Of a stretch of DNA of 64,000 nt, positions 1 through 10,831 are shown piece by piece; position 1 is the stretch's first letter, and each line of letters opens with the position of its first letter. The stretch is taken from contig OZ245046.1 of the NCBI GenBank assembly GCA_965224245.1, positions 96,001 through 160,000 of the forward strand, read 5' to 3'. The notes under the pieces were generated by a model that worked only from the letters and a program-made list of their open reading frames with translations, had not been told where the DNA came from and did not search any database. The stretch is from Candidatus Eiseniibacteriota bacterium (lineage in GTDB: Bacteria; Eisenbacteria; RBG-16-71-46; CAZAMP01). The position numbers and the translations under genes are program-made.

Positions 1-130
1 GAACCTGCTGGTTCCGGCCTGGGGCGTGTACGACAACGGCACGACGAGGTACGAGATGATCTCGCTGGCGGGTGACGCCGATCCGCCGGACCCGGAAATG
101 TTCCAGCCACCTGAGCCGTCTAGAGAATGA
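1..130 (+). CDS. 3' end of a hypothetical protein (partial, runs off the left edge)
   Basis: Open frame from position 2 (NLLVPAWGVYDNGTTRYEMISLAGDADPPDPEMFQPPEPSRE) ending at TGA 128-130, with GC-rich third positions. Confidence 0.55.
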   Translation, partial: NLLVPAWGVYDNGTTRYEMISLAGDADPPDPEMFQPPEPSRE

Positions 131-184
131 TGCGACGATCGCCAGCCGTCATGAGCAGTGATGTCGAGATCACGATCGGATCAC

Positions 185-3100
185 TCAGGATGGACCCTCC
201 GAGAATATCGCCTGAACCTCCTCGACGCTCAACGAGCCACAGTAGACGCGAACGTCGTCGATGGTCCCGTCGAAGTGCTCGAGCGGCCGCAGGGTCTTGA
301 ATGCATCGCGGCCTACCAGAAGTGGGGCGTCCGGATCGATCGCGCTCTGGTCGGGGAGCGGTGCTCGTCCCAGGAGTGCGCCGTCCAGGAAGAAGGATAC
401 CGAGCGCGTATCGCTGTGGAAGGCCACTCCGATGTGCCGGGCTCGCGAGAGCAGCTGAGCTTCCACCGCGAACTGCCGATACGTCGTCGTGAATCCACCT
501 GCGGCGAACGGATGTCGCAGCGTCAGCGTCAGGGTGGTGAGGCCGATCGATAGCGACCAGCCGGAGCCGGAAAGTCGATTCCCGCGCTCGTGTGCAAGGA
601 GTGTCTGGGATCCGTCCTGCGCCCCCGGACCGAACCATCCTAGAATGGTGAAGCTCTGAGCGTCGACGAGACAGTCGGGAACGTCGTCGACTCTGAGAAC
701 GGCGGTAGGTCCCTCGAGCGAGAAGACGTGTCCCGTCCCTTCCACACGGACCGACGCGCCGTTCTCCAGGCGTCCATCATGCGAACCGATCACGTCACTG
801 GCCCCCCGGGTCGCATTCCACTGGGCGACGAGCGTGCCATGCGCCGAGTCGATCGCATCGGGAAGAGATCGCGCCGGTGGGCGCGCACCGTCGTCATTCT
901 CCGTTGACGATCGCTCCGGAGCTCGCGTCGACTCGCTGGTTCGACCGCGTGGGTGTCTGTCCCAGATCTTGACCGTCCCGTCCCTGGAGGCCGATACGAG
1001 CGAACCATCGCGCGAACAGTCCATGTCGACGATCCGATTGGCATGAGCGTCGACCTGCACGATCTCCGTGAGCGAGGTGCCATCCAGTATGTGCAGGACT
1101 CCCGTCGTCGAGCCCAGGAAGAGCCTGCTTCCATCGGAGGAGAAGCCCACCGAGGTGACACTACGGCCGTCGATCACCGTGTCGGATCGGTCAGCTCCGG
1201 TGCAGGGCAGCACACGCACCGCGCCGTCCGCGTAAGCCACGGCCAGCGTGGCTCCATCCGGCGTCGCGGCGACATCCACCACCGCGGCCGCATGCGAGTC
1301 CAGCATCTCGGCGGGATGCCATCCGCTGCACGGCCAGCTGAACACGCGCCCGTCATCGGTTCCCGTGACGAGACGGGATCCGTCCGGAGTGAACAGCGCT
1401 GCCGTCACCAGAGAGGGATGTGGAAGCGGGTCGGCCGCAGGATCCATCGAGCCGAGCGTCCAGATCCTGACGAGGGGCTCGCTGCCCGCAGTGACGTAGA
1501 GATCCTCGGTGGGATGAGTTGCGACCACGAGCACCTGCTCGGGGTCCGCCTGAAAGCAGTGAACGGGGGCTCCGCGGCGATGGCTCGACACGGAGACGAC
1601 GCCGTGCAGCAGCGCGGCGACCAGGTGGTCGCCGTCGTGGGCGAACGCCAGCGCCCGGCAGTCTATGGGCTCGACTCCGGGAATCTGACGCCCGTCGGAT
1701 CCGGCGCCGATGTCCCAGACCCCCGGCAGGTCTCCATCGTGCGCGGCGACCACGGAGCCTCCATCCGGCGTGAACGTCACGCAGATCGGCCACGTCGGTC
1801 GCCACTTGCGGGATGCTCTCCATGTCGGGATGTCGGTCGCGCCCACGTTCCACATCCGCAGGTCACCGCGATCGTCCCCGCTGATGACGGTACCGCCGTC
1901 GGGAGTCAGCGCGAGTGCGCGAACCGGAGTGCGGTGTCCCCTGAGGATGCGTGTCAGAGAGCCACCGGCCACCGACCAGGCGAGCACTCGCCCGTCGTCG
2001 GATACCGAGAACACCTCGTCGCCCGACGGCGAAAAGGCGAGATCGTTCACACCGCCTACATCCCCCGGGAGCGCGGCGACGACGTTTCCGCTCGCGATCT
2101 CCCGAATGATGACCGGGCCTTCCCGGACGATCGCCGCAAGTCGGCCGCCGTCGGGGCTGAACGACACCGCCTCGACTCCTCGACCCATCTGTGGCCACGC
2201 GGACACGCGTGTCCAGGTGGTCGTGTCCCAGAGTTCGATGGTCTGCCGTGCCGTTGCCAGCAGGTCCCCACCGGGCTGAAACGCGACGCCGTGAAGTCGG
2301 ACATGAAAGGGTGCCACCCCGTCCTCGCCGTCGAGCCCGACCTGTGACGGCTGGATCACGGCGACGGGACTCGACAGGTCCGAGAGCGGTGAGACGTATA
2401 CCCGGCCGTCGAGGACGCCCACCGCCGCGTACTCCCCGGCCCCGTCGACGGTGACCTCGCTCCAGAGCATGTCCGGCGCTCCGTCGATCGCTTCGGCTGT
2501 CTCGACGTTCCAGAGAACGACACCCTCGGGATGAGCACTCGTCGGTTCGACGTAGCCGACCAGGATGTGGCGTCCATCCGGCGCGAAGTCGAGGCTCAAG
2601 ACGCCGTGAGCCCACGTCTCCGCGTCGTCCCGTCTCAACGTCCGGATGTGCGACGAGTCCTCGAGATCCCAGATCTTGACGGTCCCATCATAAGAGCCGG
2701 ATGCGAGCCGGGCGCCGTCGGGAGAGACGGCGAGTGCGGTCACCCAGTGATCGTGGCCGTGCCACGTCGCGTAGCTACCGTCGAGGCGACCGTACAGATG
2801 ATCCCACTCCCATCCACGAAGGGAAGGAGGTGCATCGTTCAGCGCCCGTTCCGCCGAATCGAGCTGGTTCGCGAGGATCGCCTTCTCCGCGGCCGCGATG
2901 CTCGCGGAGTACGCGAGTCGTCTCGCGGTCTCCGCTTGCTGCTGGGCACGCGAGTACTGGGTCAGAGCCACGACCAGTCCGACGGCCAGGGCGAGGACGA
3001 TTCCCACGACGCTCGTGACCAGAGCCCGTTGCTTTCGCACGAAGACGCGCGTTCGGTAGCGAAACGTGTCCGGTCGCGCCGTGACGGTGGATCCGTCGAG

Positions 3101-4192
3101 GTGACGTCGAATGTCCTCGCCCAGCTCGTCCGCGGATCGGTAACGATCGTTCGGGTCTTTTCGCAGCGCCTTCGTGAGGATCGTGTCGACGTCGCCTCTC
3201 AGCCGTCGCCGGCGCTGCCGTGCCGACCTCGATTCCCAGGCGGCACCCGAGGGCAGCCGCGCGCTGGCCCGCGGAGGCGTGTCCTCGCAGATGGCCCGGT
3301 CGAGCTTCCACGTATCGACCTCGGACACCTCGTACGGTGAGCAACCCGTCAGAATCTCGTAGAGGACGACCCCGAGCGAGTACACGTCCGTCGCGGGGGT
3401 CACCCGCTCGCCTCGGATCTGCTCGGGGCTGGCATAGCGAGGGGTCAACATGCGGAGTCGCGTGACCGCCTGCTCGGCGACGTCACTCGGATCCAGGATC
3501 TTCGCCAGTCCGAAGTCGAGCAGCTTCACGTGTCCGGAGCGGTCGACGAGGATGTTGGAGGGCTTGAGATCGCGATGGACGATGAGATTGCGATGTGCGG
3601 AGCTGACCGCGGCGCAGACGGCGCGGAAGAGCTCGAGACACTCGCGTGTGGAGAGTGCGGCGGTGTGGCAATGCTCGTCGATGGGGCGGCCGTCCACGTA
3701 CTCCATGACGATGTACGGAACGCCCTCCTCGGTCGCGCCGCCGTCCAGAAGCCGGGCGATGTTGGGATGATCGAGGCTCGCGAGCACCTGCCGCTCGGTG
3801 CGAAAGCGATCGAGCATCACCTCCGCCACGAGCGCGGACCGCAGGAGCTTGATCGCGACCTGCTTCTCGTACTCGGCGTCGCTTCGCTCCGCCAGATAGA
3901 CGGCTCCCATCCCACCCGTCGCGATGAGTGACCGGATCGTGTAAGAGCCGACTCGCGTACCCACGGGGAACTCGTCGAGCGCACGGATCGCCGCGGCCAG
4001 ATCGGCCTTCGCCGCCGACGGATCCAGGGTATCGCCCACCGCCTCGTGGGCCCTCAGCAGGGAGCGAACCTCCTCCAGCAGCTCCGAATCTCCGGCACAT
4101 ACCCGGTGGAGAAAGCCATCACGTTCCTCGGCCGGAAGGCCGAGCGCGTCGTGGAAGAGCGTCGCGGCGTCTGACGAGTTCTGGTCGTTCAT
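185..4192 (-). CDS. Ser/Thr protein kinase with TM helix, WD40 propellers and C-terminal LamG/concanavalin-like domain
   Basis: GGMGAVY, VAIK, HRDLKPSN, DFG, TPRYASPEQ; hydrophobic segment LVTSVVGIVLALAVGLVVAL; many GH...FSPDG...WD repeats; C-terminal HFDGTIDDVRVY LamG motif. Confidence 0.93.
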   Translation of the reverse strand: MNDQNSSDAATLFHDALGLPAEERDGFLHRVCAGDSELLEEVRSLLRAHEAVGDTLDPSAAKADLAAAIRALDEFPVGTRVGSYTIRSLIATGGMGAVYLAERSDAEYEKQVAIKLLRSALVAEVMLDRFRTERQVLASLDHPNIARLLDGGATEEGVPYIVMEYVDGRPIDEHCHTAALSTRECLELFRAVCAAVSSAHRNLIVHRDLKPSNILVDRSGHVKLLDFGLAKILDPSDVAEQAVTRLRMLTPRYASPEQIRGERVTPATDVYSLGVVLYEILTGCSPYEVSEVDTWKLDRAICEDTPPRASARLPSGAAWESRSARQRRRRLRGDVDTILTKALRKDPNDRYRSADELGEDIRRHLDGSTVTARPDTFRYRTRVFVRKQRALVTSVVGIVLALAVGLVVALTQYSRAQQQAETARRLAYSASIAAAEKAILANQLDSAERALNDAPPSLRGWEWDHLYGRLDGSYATWHGHDHWVTALAVSPDGARLASGSYDGTVKIWDLEDSSHIRTLRRDDAETWAHGVLSLDFAPDGRHILVGYVEPTSAHPEGVVLWNVETAEAIDGAPDMLWSEVTVDGAGEYAAVGVLDGRVYVSPLSDLSSPVAVIQPSQVGLDGEDGVAPFHVRLHGVAFQPGGDLLATARQTIELWDTTTWTRVSAWPQMGRGVEAVSFSPDGGRLAAIVREGPVIIREIASGNVVAALPGDVGGVNDLAFSPSGDEVFSVSDDGRVLAWSVAGGSLTRILRGHRTPVRALALTPDGGTVISGDDRGDLRMWNVGATDIPTWRASRKWRPTWPICVTFTPDGGSVVAAHDGDLPGVWDIGAGSDGRQIPGVEPIDCRALAFAHDGDHLVAALLHGVVSVSSHRRGAPVHCFQADPEQVLVVATHPTEDLYVTAGSEPLVRIWTLGSMDPAADPLPHPSLVTAALFTPDGSRLVTGTDDGRVFSWPCSGWHPAEMLDSHAAAVVDVAATPDGATLAVAYADGAVRVLPCTGADRSDTVIDGRSVTSVGFSSDGSRLFLGSTTGVLHILDGTSLTEIVQVDAHANRIVDMDCSRDGSLVSASRDGTVKIWDRHPRGRTSESTRAPERSSTENDDGARPPARSLPDAIDSAHGTLVAQWNATRGASDVIGSHDGRLENGASVRVEGTGHVFSLEGPTAVLRVDDVPDCLVDAQSFTILGWFGPGAQDGSQTLLAHERGNRLSGSGWSLSIGLTTLTLTLRHPFAAGGFTTTYRQFAVEAQLLSRARHIGVAFHSDTRSVSFFLDGALLGRAPLPDQSAIDPDAPLLVGRDAFKTLRPLEHFDGTIDDVRVYCGSLSVEEVQAIFSEGPS

Positions 4193-4329
4193 CGGCCCCT
4201 TTGATCGATGACCGGCGCCCCGCCCGCGCGGTGGCCGGGGTGCCTCGGAAGGATGTGGCCGGCAGTCGTTGAAGTGGCTTGTTTGCTAGTATATAGCAGG
4301 TTTGGGGATCGACTGAAGAGGACACGAGC

Positions 4330-4899
4330 TTGTCACGACGCCACGACTTCACCGACCTGCTGCGAGCGACCGCCAGCGGTGACCCGTCCGCCGCCGCGGA
4401 CATGATTCCTGTCGTCTATGGTGAGCTTCGCCGTCTCGCGCAGTCCTATCTGGCCGGCGAGAGACCGGACCACACGCTACAGGCCACCGAGCTGGTCCAC
4501 GAGGCGTATCTTCGACTCGTCGACCAGACCCGCGCACGAATCAACGACCGCGGGCACTTCATGGCACTCGCGGCGACGGCCATGAGGCGGGTCCTGGTGG
4601 ATCATGCCCGGCGTCGCGGAAGCCGCCGGCGCGGCCGAGGTGCGGCGACGCTGCCGCTCGACGAGGCCGCGACGGTCACGGCCGATCCATTACGGATCGA
4701 CTATGTCGCACTGGACCGCGCGCTCGACGAGCTGGCGGGTGTCGCTCCGGACTCGGCGAAGGTCGTGGAGCTGCGCTTCTTCTCCGGACTCACGGTTGAC
4801 GACGTGGCCACCTGCATCGGTGTCTCGTCGAGAACGGTGAGGCGACACTGGACATACGGGCGTGCCTGGCTCCACAGGCGCCTGAACGAGCCTGCCTAG
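4330..4899 (+). CDS. ECF RNA polymerase sigma factor, TIGR02999-like (kinase-associated)
   Basis: VYGELRRLA, HTLQATELVHEAYLRL, AMRRVLVDHAR, VVELRFFSGLT...TVRRHW; TTG start after GAGGA; divergent from the kinase. Confidence 0.92.
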   Translation: MSRRHDFTDLLRATASGDPSAAADMIPVVYGELRRLAQSYLAGERPDHTLQATELVHEAYLRLVDQTRARINDRGHFMALAATAMRRVLVDHARRRGSRRRGRGAATLPLDEAATVTADPLRIDYVALDRALDELAGVAPDSAKVVELRFFSGLTVDDVATCIGVSSRTVRRHWTYGRAWLHRRLNEPA

Positions 4900-5000
4900 C
4901 CGTGCGTTCGCTGGTAGCCAGACGGTCTTGACCGACTCTCCTGACGCGAACTCCTCGAATCTCCATGGGCGCGAGGGGCGCGAGGGGCCCACGGTACACG

Positions 5001-5009
5001 TGATACACT
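5001..5009 (+). promoter_or_regulatory. Putative extended -10 element TGaTACACT
   Basis: TG-n-TACACT upstream of the large Gly-rich gene; the same TGATACACTCG occurs at 12231 upstream of the kinase-ATPase gene. Confidence 0.35.
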
Positions 5010-5208
5010 CGTCGAACGGTCGGAGCCGTCCTTCTCCAGTCCCCGCTCCTGCTGGCGACGTTCTCGGCCGAGGTTCATGACGGGTATCGGTGCCGCATCC
5101 AGTCCGCTCCGGACGAGATCGGCCCACCGTCCGCATGGGGGTGTCATGAACACGCTGCGCCGCCACGGCGACCACCGTCGCCGAGATCCCCTCGTCGCCA
5201 CACCGCTC

Positions 5209-8200
5209 ATGTTTCGGTGTCTCATCCGCGTGGTGATCGGGTGCCTCGTGGCGGCGATGGCATCGGCTTCCACTCCAGAAGCAGGCTCGGGCAACGACCC
5301 GCTCCCACCGCGATCCGGACTCGAGGATCTGATCGTCACGACGGACTCGGTGCTCGTCGCGGGCTCATACGTCTTCGACATGGTCTCGGTGACCAACGGT
5401 GCGACGTTGACTCTGGAAGGGTACGTCGAGATCGATGCCGCGAGCGTCTCCATCGACGCGGGGGCTCGTGTGTCTGCCGACGGAACCGGATATGGATCGG
5501 GTCAAGGGCCCGGTGGTGGAGGCGGGGACGGTTACGGGGGCGCCGGAGGTGGCCACGGCGGTCGTGGCGGCGACGGTGGGCTCGGTCAGAGCGGCGGATC
5601 GACATACGGATCGGCAGTCGGTCCCGACCAGATGGGCAGCGGAGGTGGCGGTCCGGGTGGAAGCGGGGGATCCGGTGGGGGCGCCATCGTGCTCGACGTC
5701 ACCGGTGCGGTGACGATCGACGGCGTGCTGTCCGCCGACGGGGCGAGCGCGAGTGGACAGAGCGGTGGCGGAGCCGGCGGTACGATTCGCATCGACGCCA
5801 CGACCGTTTCCGGCACCGGGGAGCTCCACGCGAACGGGGGCGCGAGTGGCTCCACCGGTGGTGCCGCGGCAGGCGGCGGCGGTGGAGGGGGACGGATCTA
5901 TCTTCGAAGCTCCGTCTTCGACCTCACCGGACCGATCACGGCGACCGGTGGCACCGGCGTCGCGGAGTCCGGCGCGGCCGGAACGATAGGACGTGAAGAC
6001 GTCAGCACCGGGTCGTTTCACGCCGGAGCGACGTGGCGCTTCCAGATCGACGACTCCCCCTTCACGTTCGACCACGTGGTGCTCGCCACCGCGACGGCCC
6101 AGTTGGACAGCGCGGTCGTGATCACATCGCAGGACCTCGTGATCCGCGACGGATCGACGCTCTTCACGACCGGCACCGAGACGCTCGGCGTCCAGGAGAT
6201 TCGAGTCGTGTCGACGTCCCAGGTTCGAGGCAACGTCGAGATCGACGTCGATGAGCTGCGGGTCGACGCGACCTCCTCGATCTCGGCAGACGGTCATGGA
6301 TACCCGGCGGCGCAGGGTCCCGGCGCCGGTTCCGGTGGGGGCTACGGTGGTAGTGGTGGGGGGCACGGAGGCCGCGGAGGGAGTGGTGGTCTCGGCTTCG
6401 TCGGCGGGGCGCGCAACGGCTCGGCGACCAGCCCCGATGACTTCGGGAGCGGTGGCGGCGGACCGAGCAGCGGTGGCGGGCGCGGTGGCGGCCGGATCCG
6501 CATCATCGTCGCGGACTCCCTTCACGTGGACGGCGTCGTCTCTGCACACGGAGACGGCGCATCGGGCGCCCAGTCCGGCGGCGGTGCGGGAGGCACCATC
6601 TTCGCGAGCACGAGCTACCTGTCTGGTTCCGGGTTGCTCGCGGCTTCGGGAGGTGCGAGCGGCCCGACCGGTGGCGCCGCGGCGGGCGGTGGTGGCGGTG
6701 GAGGTCGAGTCCTCGTCGAGTACGTCTCGTCGACGTTCGGCGGCAGCCTCGACGTCGCCGGCGGCACCGGCGTTGGCGAGGACGGCGAGGACGGAACGGC
6801 GGCCTTTCACGATCTGTCGCTCGACGCCCTCGTCACTGGCCATGCGTGGCGGTTCCAGGAGAGCGACAGCCCCTTCTTTGCCGATTTCGTGATCATCGGA
6901 GGCGGGTCGTCGGCCATCGCCGACTCGGGAGCGGTGATCGGCGCCGGCGAGCTCACGCTGTCCGATGGAGGGCAGCTCCACGTGTCGGGCGACGAGTCTC
7001 TGACGGCCGACGCGACCTACCTGACCGGCGGCTCGACGATCGCCGGCAACTTGCGGATCTTCGGAACGGACCTGACGATCGACGCGACGTCGAGCATCTC
7101 GGCCGAGAAGCTCGGATATGCGCGCGGAGCGGGCCCCGGTGCCGGCCAGACCCCATCTCCCGGCGGATGCGGCGCGGGACACGGCGGACGTGGAGGAGAC
7201 GCCCTCGGCCTTCCGGGCGGACTGGACTACGGGATAGCCAGTGCGCCCCTGCAGTGGGGCAGTGGAGGCGGCGGTAGCGGCGGCGCCGGCGGCGGCGCCA
7301 TCCAGATCTTGCTCACGGGACAGCTCGTCGTCGACGGCGTCATCTCGGTGGACGGCGGCGCGGCGGCGGGTGGCAGTCAGGACGGCGGTGGCTCGGGGGG
7401 AAGCATCTACGTGATCGCGGACGCCGTATCCGGGAGCGGCTCCCTCACCGCCAACGGGGGCGCGAGCGGTCCAGTCGGCGGCGCCGCGGCCGGGGGAGGG
7501 GGGGGCGGAGGCCGCATCGCGATCTACTACGACACGGTTCTCGACGTGACGGGTGCGATCGTCGCGGACGGAGGACCCGGCGTCGGGGACGATGGGGATC
7601 CCGGCACGATCGTGCTCTCTCAGGACCCACTGGCGATCTATCCGACGCGGGGCGGGCGCACCGGTGTCATCACGACCATCATCTCCGGCGCGTTCTTCGC
7701 TCCCGGATCGACGGTGCGTCTCCAGGGGCCGGGATCGATCGAGGCGGCCTCGGTCGACGTCGTCACGAGCACGTATGCACGCGCGACGTTTCAGCTCCTG
7801 GACGACGCGCTCGGATCCTACGACGTCGTGGTCGCGGCTCCCGACGGCACCGAGATCCGACTGCACGATGGATTCACGATCGAGGAGGTCGAGGCGCCCG
7901 ATCCGTGGATCGACGTGATCGGACGTAGCCAGACACGGACCGGGTTCCACGAGACGTTCACGATTCTCTACGGGAACCGAGGAAACGTCGATGCGCTGTG
8001 GGTGCCGATCACGTTCGACGGCATCCCGCTCGCCGCGGAGTGGGAGCTGCGCACCGAGCTGACCTACCTCGAGGCTGAAGGACACTCCATCGACTGGACC
8101 ACGATACCGGTCGACGTCGACTCGCTGACCACGGCGCGATTCGTGCCGCTGCTCGTCAGTCGGATCCCCGCCGGCCACACCGGCACCATCCAGTTCACGG

Positions 8201-9804
8201 TGGAGGTGTCCCAGCCGATCACGTTCCGGACGTGGGCGAATCCGCCGCTGATTCGGAACCTCCCGTCGTCGCTGGTGGGAACAGCCGGTCAGCCGGGTGA
8301 AGAGTGCGCGCTCGCGCTGCTGCAGCTCTCGTCGGCGATTCTGGACGCCGTGCCCGGCGCGTCGTGCGTGAGTGCGGCGACGTCGTATCTGATGGACAAC
8401 CTCCAGTCGTACTCCCTCGCGTTTGCCGAACCAACCGTGCTCTCCGGGCTCCAGGTGTTCGCCAGCCAGTTTCTCGGTGCCTTCTCGATCGCGGGACCGT
8501 GCCTCAAGGAAGAGGTCCCGTACATCGGCGAGATCATGACGGCCCTGAAGGTCACGTTTGCCGGGATCGCCACGGTCGAGGAGTGTGGGCCCGTGTTCGC
8601 CGCACTGGCCGAGCACTACTTCCCCGTCGAGCCGGCGATGGCGCGCGATCCGAACGCAAAGTACGGCCCGCTCGGGATTGGCGTGCCCCGGTACGTTCGG
8701 GGACTGGATCCGCAGCGGTACGTGGTCATGTTCGAGAACGTCGAGGACGCGACGGCGGCGGCGCGGGACGTCGTGATCGCCGATTCCCTCGACGCCACCA
8801 AAGCGGACATCGGTACGTTCGAGGTCGGCCCGATCACGATCGGGGAGCGCATCGTCGTGCCTCCACCCGGGCTCAGCTTCTTCGAGACGACCGTCGACCT
8901 GCGTCCGGATCTGGACGTGCTCGTGCGCGTCAGCGGCGGGCTCGAGGTCGGATCGTCGAGAGCGATCTGGCGGTTTCGGACGCTGGATCCGGCCACGGGA
9001 CTTCCGCCGGCCGACCCGCTCGCTGGTTTTCTGCCGCCGAACCTCAACCCTCCCGAAGGCGAAGGCAGCGTCACGTTCAGCGTCGGGCTCGTCGAGGGGC
9101 TCGTCACCGGAACGCAGGTCACCAACGATGCGTCGATCGTGTTCGACACGAACGACCCGATCCTCACGGACGTGTGGTGGAACTCGCTCGACGTCACCGA
9201 GCCCTCGTCCGAGGTTCAACAGCTCGCGTTTGACCAGGACACGACGAGCTTCGTCGTGAACTGGTCCGGATCCGACGGCGAGTCCGGACTTCGTGACTTC
9301 AACGTGTACGTCGCGCGGAGTGAGACCGACCCCTCGGGGGGCCCGTTCGAGGCGTGGCTCGTCAACACGAGCGCCGTGTCGGACACGTTCCATGCGGATG
9401 CCGGCTACATCTACGCGTTCTACAGCACGGGACGTGACTCCGTCGGGAACCGCGAGGCCGCGCCGTCCGTTCCGGATGCGATCACGCAAGTTCTTCTCGA
9501 CGCGGGGGAGGTGCCTGGCGTTCCGAAGGTGCACGCTCTGCATGCGAGCCGACCGAACCCGTTTCACCGTCATGCCGTGATTCGGTTCGACGTTGCGGAG
9601 GCCGCACCGGTGCGCGTCGCCGTGTTCGACGTGGCGGGACGCCTGGTGCGGACGCTCGTCGACGAGTCGACCGTGCCGGGGTGGTACGCCACGACCTGGA
9701 CGGGAGTCACGTCGAGCGGGTCGATGGCAGCCGCCGGGGTCTACTTCGTGGAGATGGAGGTCGCCGGACGACGTTTCACGCGCCGGCTCGTCCACGTCAG
9801 GTGA
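5209..9804 (+). CDS. Large secreted Gly-rich repeat protein with Ig-like domains, DPNxKxGP domain and FlgD-Ig/T9SS-like CTD
   Basis: ORF open from 5077, likely start ATG 5209 before a signal peptide. Three Gly-rich units (GGGHGGRGG...GSGGGG...GGGAI...GGGGGGGRI); RDPNAKYGP...FEN; NDASIVFDTNDPILT; CTD RPNPF...FDVAGRLVRTL...WTG...GVYF...RLVHVR. Confidence 0.88.
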   Translation: MFRCLIRVVIGCLVAAMASASTPEAGSGNDPLPPRSGLEDLIVTTDSVLVAGSYVFDMVSVTNGATLTLEGYVEIDAASVSIDAGARVSADGTGYGSGQGPGGGGGDGYGGAGGGHGGRGGDGGLGQSGGSTYGSAVGPDQMGSGGGGPGGSGGSGGGAIVLDVTGAVTIDGVLSADGASASGQSGGGAGGTIRIDATTVSGTGELHANGGASGSTGGAAAGGGGGGGRIYLRSSVFDLTGPITATGGTGVAESGAAGTIGREDVSTGSFHAGATWRFQIDDSPFTFDHVVLATATAQLDSAVVITSQDLVIRDGSTLFTTGTETLGVQEIRVVSTSQVRGNVEIDVDELRVDATSSISADGHGYPAAQGPGAGSGGGYGGSGGGHGGRGGSGGLGFVGGARNGSATSPDDFGSGGGGPSSGGGRGGGRIRIIVADSLHVDGVVSAHGDGASGAQSGGGAGGTIFASTSYLSGSGLLAASGGASGPTGGAAAGGGGGGGRVLVEYVSSTFGGSLDVAGGTGVGEDGEDGTAAFHDLSLDALVTGHAWRFQESDSPFFADFVIIGGGSSAIADSGAVIGAGELTLSDGGQLHVSGDESLTADATYLTGGSTIAGNLRIFGTDLTIDATSSISAEKLGYARGAGPGAGQTPSPGGCGAGHGGRGGDALGLPGGLDYGIASAPLQWGSGGGGSGGAGGGAIQILLTGQLVVDGVISVDGGAAAGGSQDGGGSGGSIYVIADAVSGSGSLTANGGASGPVGGAAAGGGGGGGRIAIYYDTVLDVTGAIVADGGPGVGDDGDPGTIVLSQDPLAIYPTRGGRTGVITTIISGAFFAPGSTVRLQGPGSIEAASVDVVTSTYARATFQLLDDALGSYDVVVAAPDGTEIRLHDGFTIEEVEAPDPWIDVIGRSQTRTGFHETFTILYGNRGNVDALWVPITFDGIPLAAEWELRTELTYLEAEGHSIDWTTIPVDVDSLTTARFVPLLVSRIPAGHTGTIQFTVEVSQPITFRTWANPPLIRNLPSSLVGTAGQPGEECALALLQLSSAILDAVPGASCVSAATSYLMDNLQSYSLAFAEPTVLSGLQVFASQFLGAFSIAGPCLKEEVPYIGEIMTALKVTFAGIATVEECGPVFAALAEHYFPVEPAMARDPNAKYGPLGIGVPRYVRGLDPQRYVVMFENVEDATAAARDVVIADSLDATKADIGTFEVGPITIGERIVVPPPGLSFFETTVDLRPDLDVLVRVSGGLEVGSSRAIWRFRTLDPATGLPPADPLAGFLPPNLNPPEGEGSVTFSVGLVEGLVTGTQVTNDASIVFDTNDPILTDVWWNSLDVTEPSSEVQQLAFDQDTTSFVVNWSGSDGESGLRDFNVYVARSETDPSGGPFEAWLVNTSAVSDTFHADAGYIYAFYSTGRDSVGNREAAPSVPDAITQVLLDAGEVPGVPKVHALHASRPNPFHRHAVIRFDVAEAAPVRVAVFDVAGRLVRTLVDESTVPGWYATTWTGVTSSGSMAAAGVYFVEMEVAGRRFTRRLVHVR

Positions 9805-9928
9805 CCCGACCGGGCTCTCGGCGCGTACGTAGTATTCCCGATGGTGCCCGACATCGCCGCCGTCCCATGCTCGTCAAACCGAGCTGTCTCGAGCCAGGGG
9901 CGCCGGCAACCGGATCCCGGAGCGTGCC

Positions 9929-10831
9929 ATGACCCTCACCGGCCTGCATCTGCTTCTCACCTACCGCTGCAACTACCAGTGCGATCACTGCTTCGTGTGG
10001 GGAGGACCCTGGCAGGCCGGAACGATGACGCTGTCGGACATCGACGAGATCCTGAGGCAGGCCCGGGACCTCGGCACGATCCGGCGGATCTACTTCGAAG
10101 GCGGCGAGCCGTTCCTGTACTACGCGGTTCTGGTGGAGGCCGTGAAGCGCGCGGTCGCCAGCGGCTTCGAGACCGGTCTCGTCTCCAACGCCTACTGGGC
10201 CACCGATCCCGCCGACGCCGTCCAGTGGCTCCGGCCGATGGTCGGTCTCGTGCACGATCTCTCCATCTCCAGTGACCTCTACCACTGGACGGAGACGCTA
10301 GAGGCGCAGGTCCGGAACGCGCACCATGCGGCCGAGGTGCTCGGTATTCCGCTCGGGGTCATCTCGATCGGCGGATCCGACCGATCCGGGGCGTCGGCGG
10401 TCGTGGGCCAGCTACCCGACGGGGAGAGCCGGGTCATGTACCGGGGACGCGCGGTCGATGCGCTGGCGCCGCGTGCCGATCGTCGACCGGTGACCGACCT
10501 CGTGACGTGTCCATTCGAGGATCTCCGGGAGCCCGGTCGCGTCCACGTCGATCCATTCGGCAACGTGCACGTGTGCCAGGGGATCTCGATCGGGAACGTG
10601 TTCGAGACGCCGCTGCGCGAGCTGTGTGTCGCCTACGATCCCGACGCCCACGAGATCACCGGTCCACTGCTCCGGGGCGGGCCGCTCGAGCTGGCCCGTA
10701 CCCACGGAACTCGACACGCCGACGCCTATGCGGACGAATGTCACCTCTGCTTCGGGGTCCGGCGCTCGCTCCGCGAGCGGTTCCCGTCGACCCTCACCCC
10801 GCGCCAGATGTACGGCGAGCCCGAGGCGTAG
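9929..10831 (+). CDS. Radical SAM protein with SPASM/twitch-like C-terminus
   Basis: CNYQCDHC (CxxxCxxC), EGGEPF, C-terminal CPF...VDPFGNVHVC...CHLC. Confidence 0.9.
   Translation: MTLTGLHLLLTYRCNYQCDHCFVWGGPWQAGTMTLSDIDEILRQARDLGTIRRIYFEGGEPFLYYAVLVEAVKRAVASGFETGLVSNAYWATDPADAVQWLRPMVGLVHDLSISSDLYHWTETLEAQVRNAHHAAEVLGIPLGVISIGGSDRSGASAVVGQLPDGESRVMYRGRAVDALAPRADRRPVTDLVTCPFEDLREPGRVHVDPFGNVHVCQGISIGNVFETPLRELCVAYDPDAHEITGPLLRGGPLELARTHGTRHADAYADECHLCFGVRRSLRERFPSTLTPRQMYGEPEA

Noticed and set aside
5365-9795. 1476 aa antisense ORF and many other long overlapping ORFs (e.g. 35165-37324, 47316-49859, 37806-39179)
   Set aside because: Shadow frames of motif-bearing genes in high-GC DNA; R/D/V/G-rich with no motifs.
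9929-10831. Radical SAM as a RiPP maturase
   Set aside because: No credible precursor peptide, RRE or transporter seen nearby.
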